Shown: positions 28,494 to 37,851, counted from the stretch's first letter. The stretch is DNA of 64,000 nt from a virus (IMGVR_UViG_3300025137_005412:32001-96000), one strand, 5' to 3'. Notes: a model not told the origin generated them from the sequence alone. Translations and numbers: made by a program.

Positions 28494-28767
28494 CCATTTT
28501 TCCTCTCATATATGATACTGCGAATGAGCAGTAATTAATCATGTCTTTATAGGTATCTTCTAGTGATTCAAACTTTACATCACCATCAGCTTCGAGAAGA
28601 GACTGAGCTCTAAGTAGTTTCTGATGAATCATGTCATGAATAGTATCAACACCACGCCTGTAATGCATGGCTTGTTTAATATCTGATTTGGGATTTTGAT
28701 AATCTTGAGACTTAGCTAATTGTAAGTCAATACATTCTTTAAGTATTTTTACTGATTCTTTTTCCAT
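28483..28767 (-). CDS. Nucleotide-modification-associated domain protein (Nmad1/DUF1599-like)
   Basis: K..DY...K..R...ESLEDT..D.INY. Confidence 0.7.
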   Translation of the reverse strand: MEKESVKILKECIDLQLAKSQDYQNPKSDIKQAMHYRRGVDTIHDMIHQKLLRAQSLLEADGDVKFESLEDTYKDMINYCSFAVSYMRGKMDGQ

Positions 28768-29227
28768 GGTGCTCGCTGTGTATGTTTATTAATCTATTAA
28801 TATTATACTTTTTAATTCTAATTTTTTTCTGTACGAGATGATTCATCCATGATTTTTTATTTGTAAACTTATCTCCATAGAATATCTTTAAGAGTGTATC
28901 ATCACTGATACCTTTTCTATCGAATAATCTATCAAGATCAAATGTAGTTGGTAGTACTTCATCAGCAGTATCTCTCTTATAGAGTTCATATGATTGCGGA
29001 TGATAATCTTTAATGTATGATATAAAGTTTGCACTATAACCACAATTAAAGCAATGGCATACAAGACCTTGTTGTTTTGCATCTACCCAGAATCTTGCTT
29101 TACGAGTATTAGTAGCACTATCACCACATACTTGACATGACCAGTTCCATGAGTATTGAGTTTTCTTCTTATAGTTTCTTACTTCGTAAGTAAGACTGTC
29201 AGCAATTGAAATTAAGTTATGAAGCAT
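28739..29227 (-). CDS. DNA primase zinc-binding domain (gp61 N-terminus only)
   Basis: CQVCGDS..N.RKAR...HCFNCG; no TOPRIM domain. Confidence 0.75.
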   Translation of the reverse strand: MLHNLISIADSLTYEVRNYKKKTQYSWNWSCQVCGDSATNTRKARFWVDAKQQGLVCHCFNCGYSANFISYIKDYHPQSYELYKRDTADEVLPTTFDLDRLFDRKGISDDTLLKIFYGDKFTNKKSWMNHLVQKKIRIKKYNINRLINIHSEHHGKRISKNT

Positions 29228-29988
29228 TCTTGAATTTTATCTATTTGTCTAAGAGTTTCTTCGAACATGTTTGGTGTTAACATGTTTGGTCCATCAGAAG
29301 GTGCTACAGTAGGATTATCATGAACTTCCATAAAGAATCCATCTACACCAACGGCAGCTGCAGCTCTACATAATGGTTGAACGAATTGTCTTTTACCACC
29401 ACTGACTCCATCACCAGCACCAGGTTCTTGTACTGAATGTGTAGCATCGAATATAACTTTCATATTTGGATAATCTTTTTGAAGTACCTGTCTCATATAA
29501 CTTAAACCTCTCATGTCTACTACTAGATTATTATACCCGAAAGTTGTACCTCTTTCTGTAATCCATATAGGAGCATCAGGATCAGGTTTAGATAGTATAC
29601 CTTTAACTTCTTTATATGATAGGAATTGACCTTTCTTTATATTAACAGGTTTCCATGTAGAACATGCTTCTACAATAAGATCTGTTTGTCTGCAAAGAAA
29701 AGCTGGGATTTGGAATACATCTATAATGTCTTGAAGATATTCCACTTGATAGCACTCATGAACATCCGTCAAAAGTTTCATGTCTGGATTTTCATTCTTT
29801 AGAAACTCAAAGTCCTCAACGAATTGTTTTAATCCAACACCTCGTTTACCTTTAACTGAACTTCGGTTTGCCTTATCAAAAGAAGCTTTATAATAAAATT
29901 CACCACTTACAATCTCTTTGATAGCGTCAAACATTTTCTGTGAATGTTCAATACTTTCATGTTGACATGGTCCCGCAATTAAAATCAT
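29212..29988 (-). CDS. kdsA: KDO-8-phosphate synthase
   Basis: IAGPC, KASFDKANRSS, QIPAFLCRQTDL, KKGQF, ERG..FGYNNLVVDM, DATHSVQ, SDG. Confidence 0.95.
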   Translation of the reverse strand: MILIAGPCQHESIEHSQKMFDAIKEIVSGEFYYKASFDKANRSSVKGKRGVGLKQFVEDFEFLKNENPDMKLLTDVHECYQVEYLQDIIDVFQIPAFLCRQTDLIVEACSTWKPVNIKKGQFLSYKEVKGILSKPDPDAPIWITERGTTFGYNNLVVDMRGLSYMRQVLQKDYPNMKVIFDATHSVQEPGAGDGVSGGKRQFVQPLCRAAAAVGVDGFFMEVHDNPTVAPSDGPNMLTPNMFEETLRQIDKIQECFIT

Positions 29989-30142
29989 AATTTAGTTTCT
30001 ATCGTAAAAATCGTCTAAAGGGTTATCAGGTAGATTATACTTCTTTTTACGATCTTTTTCCGCTTGTTCTTTTTCTTCTTTAGTTAGGCCGCGATCTTTC
30101 AGAGGTCTAGCCTCCATAAATCGGTCTGTCATACTATATTTA

Positions 30143-30571
30143 TTACCCGATATTATCAAGTGCATCTCTGACAAATTTGATATTATCAGCATTATTATCT
30201 AACACTTTAATAGCATCATCCATATAAGTTATGTAGTCTGTTTCTTGTTCTATCTCTCTAACAATCACATCAACTTTATCATGTATAGGATCATCGTGAT
30301 CTACTAGGTCCCATATCTTATAGCCAATAGATTCAATCTCACTTACTTTTTCTTTGAAAAATTTTTGAGCCTGTTCTTTATTGTAGCTATCCATAATAGT
30401 ATCATAATCTCTGCTACCTTTTTCAGCAACTGAGAGTACTAGCTCATCATCACTTGACCAAGCTTCGTACAGTACATACTCTTTGCCATCTCTGACACCT
30501 TGAACACGAATGATCTTTTCTTCATCAGTATAGTTATCTTCAATAACATTTTTTAAATTTTCTAGTTTCAT
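30143..30571 (-). CDS. Acidic hypothetical early protein
   Basis: ORF downstream of cassette C. Confidence 0.55.
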   Translation of the reverse strand: MKLENLKNVIEDNYTDEEKIIRVQGVRDGKEYVLYEAWSSDDELVLSVAEKGSRDYDTIMDSYNKEQAQKFFKEKVSEIESIGYKIWDLVDHDDPIHDKVDVIVREIEQETDYITYMDDAIKVLDNNADNIKFVRDALDNIG

Positions 30572-30573
30572 AT

Positions 30574-30915
30574 TTACCTACTTTCTTGGATTAATCTTGG
30601 AGTGTGAGCATTTCTTTCCATTTTTGAAAAGTATTCTGACCACCATTTATCAGTACTAGTTTCTCTGACTTCAGAGGTCTTGATTACTTGTTTTAAAGTA
30701 ATAAGATCTGCTTCATAAAAATCTAATAACATATCAGTGAATGGATTTCTGTCATTTGATTTCCATTTGATTTCATTGCCATCAGCATAAAAATCATCTT
30801 TATATGTTTCTACTGCATTTTGTGTAGTAGACCATTGATAATTGTAGAACTCATCATTTCTCTTATAGTCTCTACCAGCGATAGTCACTTCATTAAATAA
30901 TTTTTTATCTTTCAT
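30574..30915 (-). CDS. Hypothetical early protein
   Basis: ATG at 30915 after RBS AAAGGAG of cassette C. Confidence 0.6.
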   Translation of the reverse strand: MKDKKLFNEVTIAGRDYKRNDEFYNYQWSTTQNAVETYKDDFYADGNEIKWKSNDRNPFTDMLLDFYEADLITLKQVIKTSEVRETSTDKWWSEYFSKMERNAHTPRLIQESR

Positions 30916-31104
30916 ATATTCTCCTTTGTTAATCATTTATATGTACCATTCTATACAGGTTATACAGTAATGTACAACGTTTTATGCGTTTCTTTAAGAT
31001 TAAATTGTTATAAGAAAACAACTACTTAGACCTAAACTGTTAATAACTTTTAGATTATACTTTAAAATCAACAACTTAAACTTTCGTTTGTTATCAACCA
31101 CTTA
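30913..31104 (-). promoter_or_regulatory. Early promoter cassette C (inverted copy of A) with IHF-consensus boxes
   Basis: 30913-30981 is the reverse complement of 18691-18759 (66/69); WATCAANNNNTTR at 31066 and 31092. Confidence 0.78.
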
Positions 31105-31734
31105 AAGTTTTTTCCTCATAGCAGCCATTTTTTGTCTAGCGGTGTGCCATCTTGAAAAGGAATAAGGTGTAGGATGCTTACCTAGCTTGAGACCTTCTTT
31201 TCTAAATTCTGATTTAAGAACATCATGACATTCTCTACCCATAAATGCTGATACTAGTTTTAAGAGTACATTACGGTATTCACGACCATGATGCATCTGA
31301 CCTGCGGCATGAGATAATTCATGAAGTAGAACATATAGATTATAACCATGTTTCTGATCAAGTGTAATCTCATATATGTATGCCCAGCCATGACAACCAC
31401 GACCATTGTAGTTTGCCTTATCTCTAAGCTTTACTTTATGACCACCCTTAGCGTCAGCTTTTATAAATGCTGAGGACTTACAAATCCTATTGCATCTTTG
31501 CTGAGCCTCTTTAAGAGTCTTATAATATTCTTGTTTGTGTTTAAATGCTGGTGTTCTGTATAGTGCTCTTTCTGCTCTATATACTTTACCAGCTTCGGTA
31601 TCTCGTTTATTTTCCATACGAGACATGCTGTGTTTTTTCTTATGCTGATTGAGATATCTGATATAAGCTCGTTGCTCGCCAACAAGGATATCCTCCCTCT
31701 CATTGACATCGTTTTTAAACGACTGATAGTCCAT
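31102..31734 (-). CDS. SprT-like zinc metalloprotease-domain protein
   Basis: VLLHELSH...HHG. Confidence 0.65.
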   Translation of the reverse strand: MDYQSFKNDVNEREDILVGEQRAYIRYLNQHKKKHSMSRMENKRDTEAGKVYRAERALYRTPAFKHKQEYYKTLKEAQQRCNRICKSSAFIKADAKGGHKVKLRDKANYNGRGCHGWAYIYEITLDQKHGYNLYVLLHELSHAAGQMHHGREYRNVLLKLVSAFMGRECHDVLKSEFRKEGLKLGKHPTPYSFSRWHTARQKMAAMRKKL

Positions 31735-31760
31735 ACTTAAGTTGTCCTCTCTGTTAGTAT

Positions 31761-32003
31761 TTATTTCATGTCATTCAAAGTCGTATCGTCAGTAGAGTCT
31801 TTATTAGACTGGCGCTTAGATTGCCAGTTATTGATATGATTTTGAATTTGTTTCTGAGTAAGTTTGATTTTGAAATTCTCAGGAAAGTCTTTTCTTTCTT
31901 GAAGTAGGTTTTCAAGAAATTTGATTTTAGCTTTTTTAGTAGGTAAAGCTTGGAATGGTTGATATAAAGTTTCTGTTTTGTTTTGTTGAGTGTATTTTGT
32001 CAT
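31761..32003 (-). CDS. Hypothetical protein
   Basis: ORF behind an IHF-box-rich promoter region. Confidence 0.45.
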   Translation of the reverse strand: MTKYTQQNKTETLYQPFQALPTKKAKIKFLENLLQERKDFPENFKIKLTQKQIQNHINNWQSKRQSNKDSTDDTTLNDMK

Positions 32004-32038
32004 AATTGTAATTGGTACTTTCTTTGTTGATTATTAAA

Positions 32039-32161
32039 ATTATACTCATTTTATCAAATTTTTATACGTTTGTAAAACAGTTTGTTTCGTTTGGAATCAA
32101 CCACTTAGAAAAAAGGCTTTAGAAACAATCACTTATAGTTTCGTTTGGAATCAACTACTTA
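32039..32161 (-). promoter_or_regulatory. Promoter region with tandem IHF-consensus repeats
   Basis: GTTTCGTTTGGAATCAAC(C/T)ACTTA at 32084-32107 and 32138-32161; box at 32052; AGTATAAT on - strand at 32039-32046. Confidence 0.65.
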
Positions 32162-32617
32162 TGCGAAGACGTGTAAATTAATCCAGTCACAGGTCATAGC
32201 GGGCTTCTTTTCTCCCTCTATTTCAATAACTATATCTATTGTTGTTCTAAACTTATTACCTAGTTTCTTATATGATTTAAGAGTAAAGTGAGCTCTGATT
32301 TTCTGATCAGCTTTTACTGCTTGTCTAAATTTTAGATTCTCTACTCCAACATTAGTAGCAAAGACCTGACCAGCAAAAGGTTTAATAATCTCATAACTAA
32401 ATTTTGGTAGTAGGGAAACAATGAGAAATCCATGAGATATGATACCACCAAATGGTGTAGCCTTAGCATAGTTCTCATCAGTATGGATTGGTTGATCATC
32501 ACCAATCAATGCACCATATAATTGTATTAGTTCTCTATCAATGGTTTCCCATGATGAAGTTAACTTTACTCCAATATGTTCTTTATATTTTTTGTCAGCT
32601 GCATCAATGGTGTTCAA
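32159..32617 (-). CDS. MaoC-like (hot-dog) dehydratase
   Basis: GDDQPIHTD..YA..TPFGG.I.HG. Confidence 0.88.
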   Translation of the reverse strand: MNTIDAADKKYKEHIGVKLTSSWETIDRELIQLYGALIGDDQPIHTDENYAKATPFGGIISHGFLIVSLLPKFSYEIIKPFAGQVFATNVGVENLKFRQAVKADQKIRAHFTLKSYKKLGNKFRTTIDIVIEIEGEKKPAMTCDWINLHVFA

Positions 32618-32850
32618 AGTTTTTTCTCATCCAATTGTTTTTTGAATTGATCATATCCACCAATATTATTATCATCAACAAAGATCTGTGGAAATGTTCT
32701 TGCATTTGGTTGTAGTTCTAATAACTCTTCCATTGTAAAATCTTTATTCAACATTAGCTTCTCATAAGTATGTTCAGTTAATTTCTTTGCTTCTCTCTCA
32801 GCCATATCACAGTATGGACATGGAGTTTTACTATAAATTTTTATATGCAT
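32614..32850 (-). CDS. Glutaredoxin
   Basis: CPYC, RTFPQIF, IGGY. Confidence 0.92.
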   Translation of the reverse strand: MHIKIYSKTPCPYCDMAEREAKKLTEHTYEKLMLNKDFTMEELLELQPNARTFPQIFVDDNNIGGYDQFKKQLDEKKL

Positions 32851-32852
32851 GA

Positions 32853-33296
32853 TTAAGCCTGTAAATATGTTAGCATTGTCTTAGCATCAGAACATTCAAA
32901 TGGATCAGCATCTACTTCACATTCATTGCATTTACCTTCTTCAACAAACATCTTTACAACTTGACCGTCATGTAATAAAGATGAATAACGCCATGATCTT
33001 GAACCAAATCCTTTATTCTTCTTAGTCACTAACATGTTTAGTTTGTTTGTTAGGTCACCATTGCCATCGGCAATATATTTTACTTTAGTAATTTCTTGCT
33101 TTTCAAACCAAGCTTTCATTACGAATTCATCATTTACTGAGATACAATATACCTCATCAATACCACACTTTTTAATCTCGTCATATAGTTCTTCATAACC
33201 TGGTAAATGTTGTGTAGAACAAGTTGGTGTAAATGCACCAGGCAATCCAAAGATTACCACTTTCTTATTATCGAATAGCTCTTTAAACTGAGACAT
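32853..33296 (-). CDS. Peroxiredoxin (Prx5-like)
   Basis: LPGAFTPTCS..HLPGY, SVND.FVM.AW, RSWRY. Confidence 0.92.
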   Translation of the reverse strand: MSQFKELFDNKKVVIFGLPGAFTPTCSTQHLPGYEELYDEIKKCGIDEVYCISVNDEFVMKAWFEKQEITKVKYIADGNGDLTNKLNMLVTKKNKGFGSRSWRYSSLLHDGQVVKMFVEEGKCNECEVDADPFECSDAKTMLTYLQA

Positions 33297-33336
33297 ACTT
33301 TCTCCTTTACTTTAGTTTCTATAGGTATTATACTTA

Positions 33337-34665
33337 TTATGCGAAAAAACTTTCAAGATCAGAAGCTTTTTCTTTTTGATGTACAGCTTTAGTTTTACTT
33401 ACTATATCTGAATACACATCGATAGCATCACAGTGAGACTTCCAAAACTCAAAAGCTTTATGTCTTTCTTCATCTCTCTTAGAATGATTAGTACTTAACA
33501 TTGATAATGTATCAGCAACCGCTGTATACTCATGATTAATCAAAGCTACCTTATGAGCATCTGCACCATAATTTCTTTGTTTAAAATTATCTGTAAGGAA
33601 CACTGTACCACTATTTTCACATGCAATAACTGGATCACCAATCTTATTGTGAATAATATGAGCACCAAAATGTTCATGGAATATAGGAACTGTACCAGCA
33701 CCTAAACAATCTGCATGACAGTATTCTATATTTGCACCATATTGTTCTGGCTTGAGATGATATAGATCAGAACCAAACATAGACTTTGCCATTCTTAACA
33801 TCATATCATGGTGTTGATAGCCAGGATAAAGATAAGCACCTTTATTTAGTTCTTCTTCACCATATTCAAACTTACCAGTTTCATCATATTCTTTTTCAGG
33901 CCTAAACTTATTTACTACATTCCATCTTGTTGATGGATCCTTATCATTTTTATATAAGATACCTTTATAACCTATTGATGCTTCTAATCCTTCAAGTATT
34001 GTAATGAATCCTCTATCCATCATTTTTTCTTGATGAAAATCAATTAGTTGCTGTGGACCTTTCCATCCAGCAGATCTACCAACCCATCTAATAATCTTTT
34101 CTTGTTCTTCAATTGGTTGCCAATACTTTTCTTTACCTTCATCAAAGTTATAACCTACACCTGCAGTTGTAATAGGAACTGAAATGTTTTCTTTCTCACA
34201 CCATTTAGAAAATGGATTAGTTGTAGCATGAGTCATAATAACATCTAAACATTCTAATACTTCTTTAAGTTTAGCATTACGATGAATTGATTGAATATTA
34301 TGATCAACCTGAACAATGCTTTTCTTAACATTAATTTTTTTTAATAACTCTATGAAGTTGTCAACACATTGTTCAGGGTGATTTTTAGATGGAACAGAAA
34401 AGACAATCAAAGCTTCACACTCATTTATCTCATCAATGACCTCAGTACAAGTCATTAGATCTGGAAACTTCTTAGTTGATTTACTAATATCTGACCAGTC
34501 TGCTCCTCTAAAATAGTTTACATCAAACTCCATGGAGTTTTGTCTTGGCCATACTTTATCCATAGTGGCATAGACTTTTACACCCATTAGTTTTTGGAAT
34601 TCTACTACATTCTTTGTGACACCGCAACCTTCGACACCACGACCCATAAGTACTGCTACAGTCAT
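33337..34665 (-). CDS. DNA alpha-glucosyltransferase homolog
   Basis: MGRGVEGCGVTK matches T4 a-gt MARGLEGCGVTK; SVP, DH, GR...WKG, EY.H...GT.PIF. Confidence 0.82.
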   Translation of the reverse strand: MTVAVLMGRGVEGCGVTKNVVEFQKLMGVKVYATMDKVWPRQNSMEFDVNYFRGADWSDISKSTKKFPDLMTCTEVIDEINECEALIVFSVPSKNHPEQCVDNFIELLKKINVKKSIVQVDHNIQSIHRNAKLKEVLECLDVIMTHATTNPFSKWCEKENISVPITTAGVGYNFDEGKEKYWQPIEEQEKIIRWVGRSAGWKGPQQLIDFHQEKMMDRGFITILEGLEASIGYKGILYKNDKDPSTRWNVVNKFRPEKEYDETGKFEYGEEELNKGAYLYPGYQHHDMMLRMAKSMFGSDLYHLKPEQYGANIEYCHADCLGAGTVPIFHEHFGAHIIHNKIGDPVIACENSGTVFLTDNFKQRNYGADAHKVALINHEYTAVADTLSMLSTNHSKRDEERHKAFEFWKSHCDAIDVYSDIVSKTKAVHQKEKASDLESFFA

Positions 34666-35543
34666 TTGTTTTTACCTCTCTCTAAATTATACTGATCCAT
34701 ACACATATCTTCTAAACTCTTTGTTAGTGTAATCTTTTCTGATAATGTATCTACAGTTGAAGATTCAGCATCGCCTTCACGTCTACCACTTATCTTTATT
34801 GCTACACCTTTACCAGTGACTTTTCTCATTGTTTCAATAACTTCATTTACTGAATAACCTTCATTAGAACCTAAACATTCGTATGGTGTATTTGATGGTC
34901 CATCATCAACAGCATTACATATTGCATTTGCTAGGTCAACCACATGTACATAATCTCGTATGCATGTACCGTCTTTAGTATTATAATCAGTACCATATAC
35001 TTCCATCCAATCTCGTTTACCGCATGCAACCTCAGCAGCTACCCTTATTAAATGAGTTGATGGACCTATTTGTTTGTGTACACCATCTGAACCTGATACA
35101 TTGAAGAATCTAAATATTGTATATCCACCAGCTTTTTCTTTAATAACATCTTCAGCAGCTACTTTTGATTTGGCATAAGGTGATGCCATTTCCCATGCGG
35201 CTGATGTAGATGCAAATAAGATATGAGCCTTTGGAAACATTTCACATACACTTAATGTACCCATTACATTACTCACATAATAATCTGATGGTCTCTTCAT
35301 ACTTTCAGGTACTACTGACAATCCACCTAAATGAACTACTGCTTCATAGTCCGGATATAATTGAGATTTTCTATAGTCTCTTACATTATTATTATAATAA
35401 TTCTTTAAGTATTGGTTTACATCATTCTTATCTTCTCCATGAATATTAATATCCATGCCATCAATAATATGACCACGTTCATTTAGTATCTTACATACAT
35501 GTGAACCAATATATCCATTACAACCTGTGACTAAGACTCGCAT
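34662..35543 (-). CDS. galE: UDP-glucose 4-epimerase-like SDR
   Basis: TGCNGYIGSH, VPES, YAKSK, RFFNV.G, DGTCIRDYVHV.DLA, RREGD. Confidence 0.88.
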   Translation of the reverse strand: MRVLVTGCNGYIGSHVCKILNERGHIIDGMDINIHGEDKNDVNQYLKNYYNNNVRDYRKSQLYPDYEAVVHLGGLSVVPESMKRPSDYYVSNVMGTLSVCEMFPKAHILFASTSAAWEMASPYAKSKVAAEDVIKEKAGGYTIFRFFNVSGSDGVHKQIGPSTHLIRVAAEVACGKRDWMEVYGTDYNTKDGTCIRDYVHVVDLANAICNAVDDGPSNTPYECLGSNEGYSVNEVIETMRKVTGKGVAIKISGRREGDAESSTVDTLSEKITLTKSLEDMCMDQYNLERGKNK

Positions 35544-35938
35544 ACTCTTCTCCTTAAATCTGACGATGAGAATCTATGTTCTCGTTTATTAAAATACAAA
35601 GATATACCACGCTTCTTACATACATCTTTACCAGTAAAATCTTTTTCTCTATACTCATCACCAAGAATTCTAACATCAATAGTATATAGTTCTAATATAT
35701 CTTCTAAATCTTTTTCAGTAGCATAAGGAATAATCTCATCAACATACTTTACTGCTTTGAGTTGTGTATATCTTTCTACTAAAGTTTGAATGGGTGAGTT
35801 CTTTTCTTTTCTATCAATCGATGGATCCACTTGCAAAGCACATATAAGATAATCACATTGTGACTTTGCATCTCTTAACATTTGTACATGACCTGCATGT
35901 AGCAAATCAAATGATGAACAGCTGAATCCAATCTTCAT
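35531..35938 (-). CDS. Glycerol-3-phosphate cytidylyltransferase-like (TagD family)
   Basis: FDLLHAGH, ER..QL.AVKYVDE, R.H.FSSS.LR. Confidence 0.85.
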   Translation of the reverse strand: MKIGFSCSSFDLLHAGHVQMLRDAKSQCDYLICALQVDPSIDRKEKNSPIQTLVERYTQLKAVKYVDEIIPYATEKDLEDILELYTIDVRILGDEYREKDFTGKDVCKKRGISLYFNKREHRFSSSDLRRRVCES

Positions 35939-35957
35939 AGTAGTATTATACCCCGAA

Positions 35958-35985
35958 ATGGGAGGAATATTTCTACTCCTCCCAT
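35958..35985 (-). terminator. Intrinsic terminator-like hairpin after the HTH gene
   Basis: ATGGGAGGA...TCCTCCCAT 9-bp stem. Confidence 0.6.
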
Positions 35986-36007
35986 AACAATAACAAATAA
36001 GGTTAGT

Positions 36008-36271
36008 TTATACTAAGCCTTGCGCAATTGCTTGGTAGCCCGCTGCTACAACAGCTCGTGTTGGAGTACCTAAACGATACCTTAATGCACGAAGACTGCT
36101 AGATTTAGCAGGTCTGTTGCCGTAGATAGCATAACCTTTATTTCTAAGGTTTGCAACCACTGCAGTTGGGTTAGCCATGTTAAATCTGTCTCTCATTTGA
36201 GCAACAGTTAACTCAGCACCATTTGATAGAGCATCAATTACTTTGCTCTCTTGGGATTTTGTTTTAGCCAT
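36008..36271 (-). CDS. Small winged-HTH DNA-binding protein
   Basis: Likely start 36271 after RBS AAGGAG; L..G.ELT..Q...RF...NP.A.V..LR..GY; YRLGTP. Confidence 0.7.
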   Translation of the reverse strand: MAKTKSQESKVIDALSNGAELTVAQMRDRFNMANPTAVVANLRNKGYAIYGNRPAKSSSLRALRYRLGTPTRAVVAAGYQAIAQGLV

Positions 36272-36405
36272 TTGTATTTTCTCCTTACTTAGTCTAAAAA
36301 ATATGTTAATTAATTTTAACATCACGAATAGATTATACTCTTTATCTCGATTTTTTTCATTTTCTTTTAGAGTGAGTACCCGCACCCCCGCGGGTACACA
36401 CGGGT

Positions 36406-36413
36406 AATAAATA
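36406..36413 (+). promoter_or_regulatory. Late promoter AATAAATA
   Basis: Immediately before ORF 36418; preceded by GC hairpin 36377-36398. Confidence 0.6.
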
Positions 36414-36417
36414 ATGT

Positions 36418-37842
36418 ATGATGAAATGGTTGCTACTTCCTGTAGCTTTAACAATCTCTGCGATCGCTGCTTTCTACTCAATCTATGGATTGGTAGCTAT
36501 ATTTGCCGCGGCCGTGATACCAATTATAATCATGGGTACAGCCCTTGAGATTGGTAAACTTGTATCCGTTGTATATCTACATCAGTACTGGGTAGAAACT
36601 AAGTTTCTCTTAAAGAGCTATCTAGTGTTGGCTGTTGCACTTCTCATGTTTATTACATCATTAGGAATATTTGGATTCCTTTCTAAGGCTCATGTTGAGC
36701 AAGCATCTTTAAGTGAAGAGCAGGTTGCTTTAATTGAAACACTTGAAGATAAAGAAATCAGATCAGAATTAAAAATTGAAAGATGGAATAAAGAGCTAAC
36801 CAAGCTATTAAACAATGAAGATACACGTGTAGACACTCTTATAGGAAATGAGCAAGATCAACTCAATAGTTTATATGATAGAATTGATAAAGAAAAAACC
36901 ACAGCTGCTGATAGATTTGATAATGCTAAGGCTGCAGCAAACAAGGCTTACACTCAAAAAGTAAAAACAATCAATGATACAATAACAGGCTTTGGCTCTC
37001 AAAGTAAGAAGACAGATCAAATTGAAATTGCAAATGGTGAGCTTAAAAAAGAATTAAGTAGTATTGAAAAGAAATACAATAATGAAGTAGAAGATATTGA
37101 TACTAAATATAAAGACGAAATTTTAGAATTACAAAATGTAATTAAAGGTTATAGAAATCAAGTCACAGAAAAAACTGGTGATATTGATATAAAGATTGTT
37201 GAATTAGAATCTAAGATAGATGCTGAACAAAAAATAATTGATGAAGTCATTGGTGAAAAAGGAATCTATGAGAAAGAATATAGAAAGCTTGAAGCTGAAG
37301 TCGGACCAATTAAATATATTGCTGAACTTATCTATGGCGAAACTGATAGAGGTTTATTAGAAGATGCTGTAAGATGGGTTATTATTATATTAGTTATTGT
37401 ATTTGATCCTCTAGCGGTTGCGTTATTAATAGCATGGAATGATATTATAAAACGTGAATATCCAAGAAGTCCATATCCAATTCCTAAAATAAGAAAACCT
37501 GAACCGGTAGAACCAGAAAAAAAAACTGAAGAACCCGAAGAAGAAGAGCATTGGTTAGAAGAAGAACCAAAGGTTGAGGTTAAAGAAGAAGTTGAAGTAG
37601 AAAAGGATTACGAAAAAAGCCATTACTATAATATGGGTGGACAAAAAGTAAAAGCAAATCCTAAAACACTAAAAGACTTTATGGAAGAAACACCTGATTT
37701 CTTCGCGCAGCTAGCGGATGAAATGGGTGGAAGAGTAGAATATGATAGTGACGCTGCACAGATAGATGTTCCTGAAGATGTATTGGAACAATTACCTGAT
37801 GGTACTTATAGAAAGAAAGAACCGAAGCGTACAAGAATTTAA
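36418..37842 (+). CDS. Membrane protein with long coiled coil
   Basis: Three N-terminal TM helices (SLGIFGFLSKAH), coiled coil, EVGPIKYIA, TM with VFDPLA, acidic tail. Confidence 0.75.
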   Translation: MMKWLLLPVALTISAIAAFYSIYGLVAIFAAAVIPIIIMGTALEIGKLVSVVYLHQYWVETKFLLKSYLVLAVALLMFITSLGIFGFLSKAHVEQASLSEEQVALIETLEDKEIRSELKIERWNKELTKLLNNEDTRVDTLIGNEQDQLNSLYDRIDKEKTTAADRFDNAKAAANKAYTQKVKTINDTITGFGSQSKKTDQIEIANGELKKELSSIEKKYNNEVEDIDTKYKDEILELQNVIKGYRNQVTEKTGDIDIKIVELESKIDAEQKIIDEVIGEKGIYEKEYRKLEAEVGPIKYIAELIYGETDRGLLEDAVRWVIIILVIVFDPLAVALLIAWNDIIKREYPRSPYPIPKIRKPEPVEPEKKTEEPEEEEHWLEEEPKVEVKEEVEVEKDYEKSHYYNMGGQKVKANPKTLKDFMEETPDFFAQLADEMGGRVEYDSDAAQIDVPEDVLEQLPDGTYRKKEPKRTRI

Positions 37843-37851
37843 GGTTTTAAT

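Noticed and set aside
32084-32161. CRISPR mini-array
   Set aside because: Only two 24-bp copies, non-palindromic, matching IHF boxes; no cas genes.
36008-36481. 157-aa version of the HTH ORF
   Set aside because: Extension crosses the divergent promoter region; RBS supports a start at 36271.
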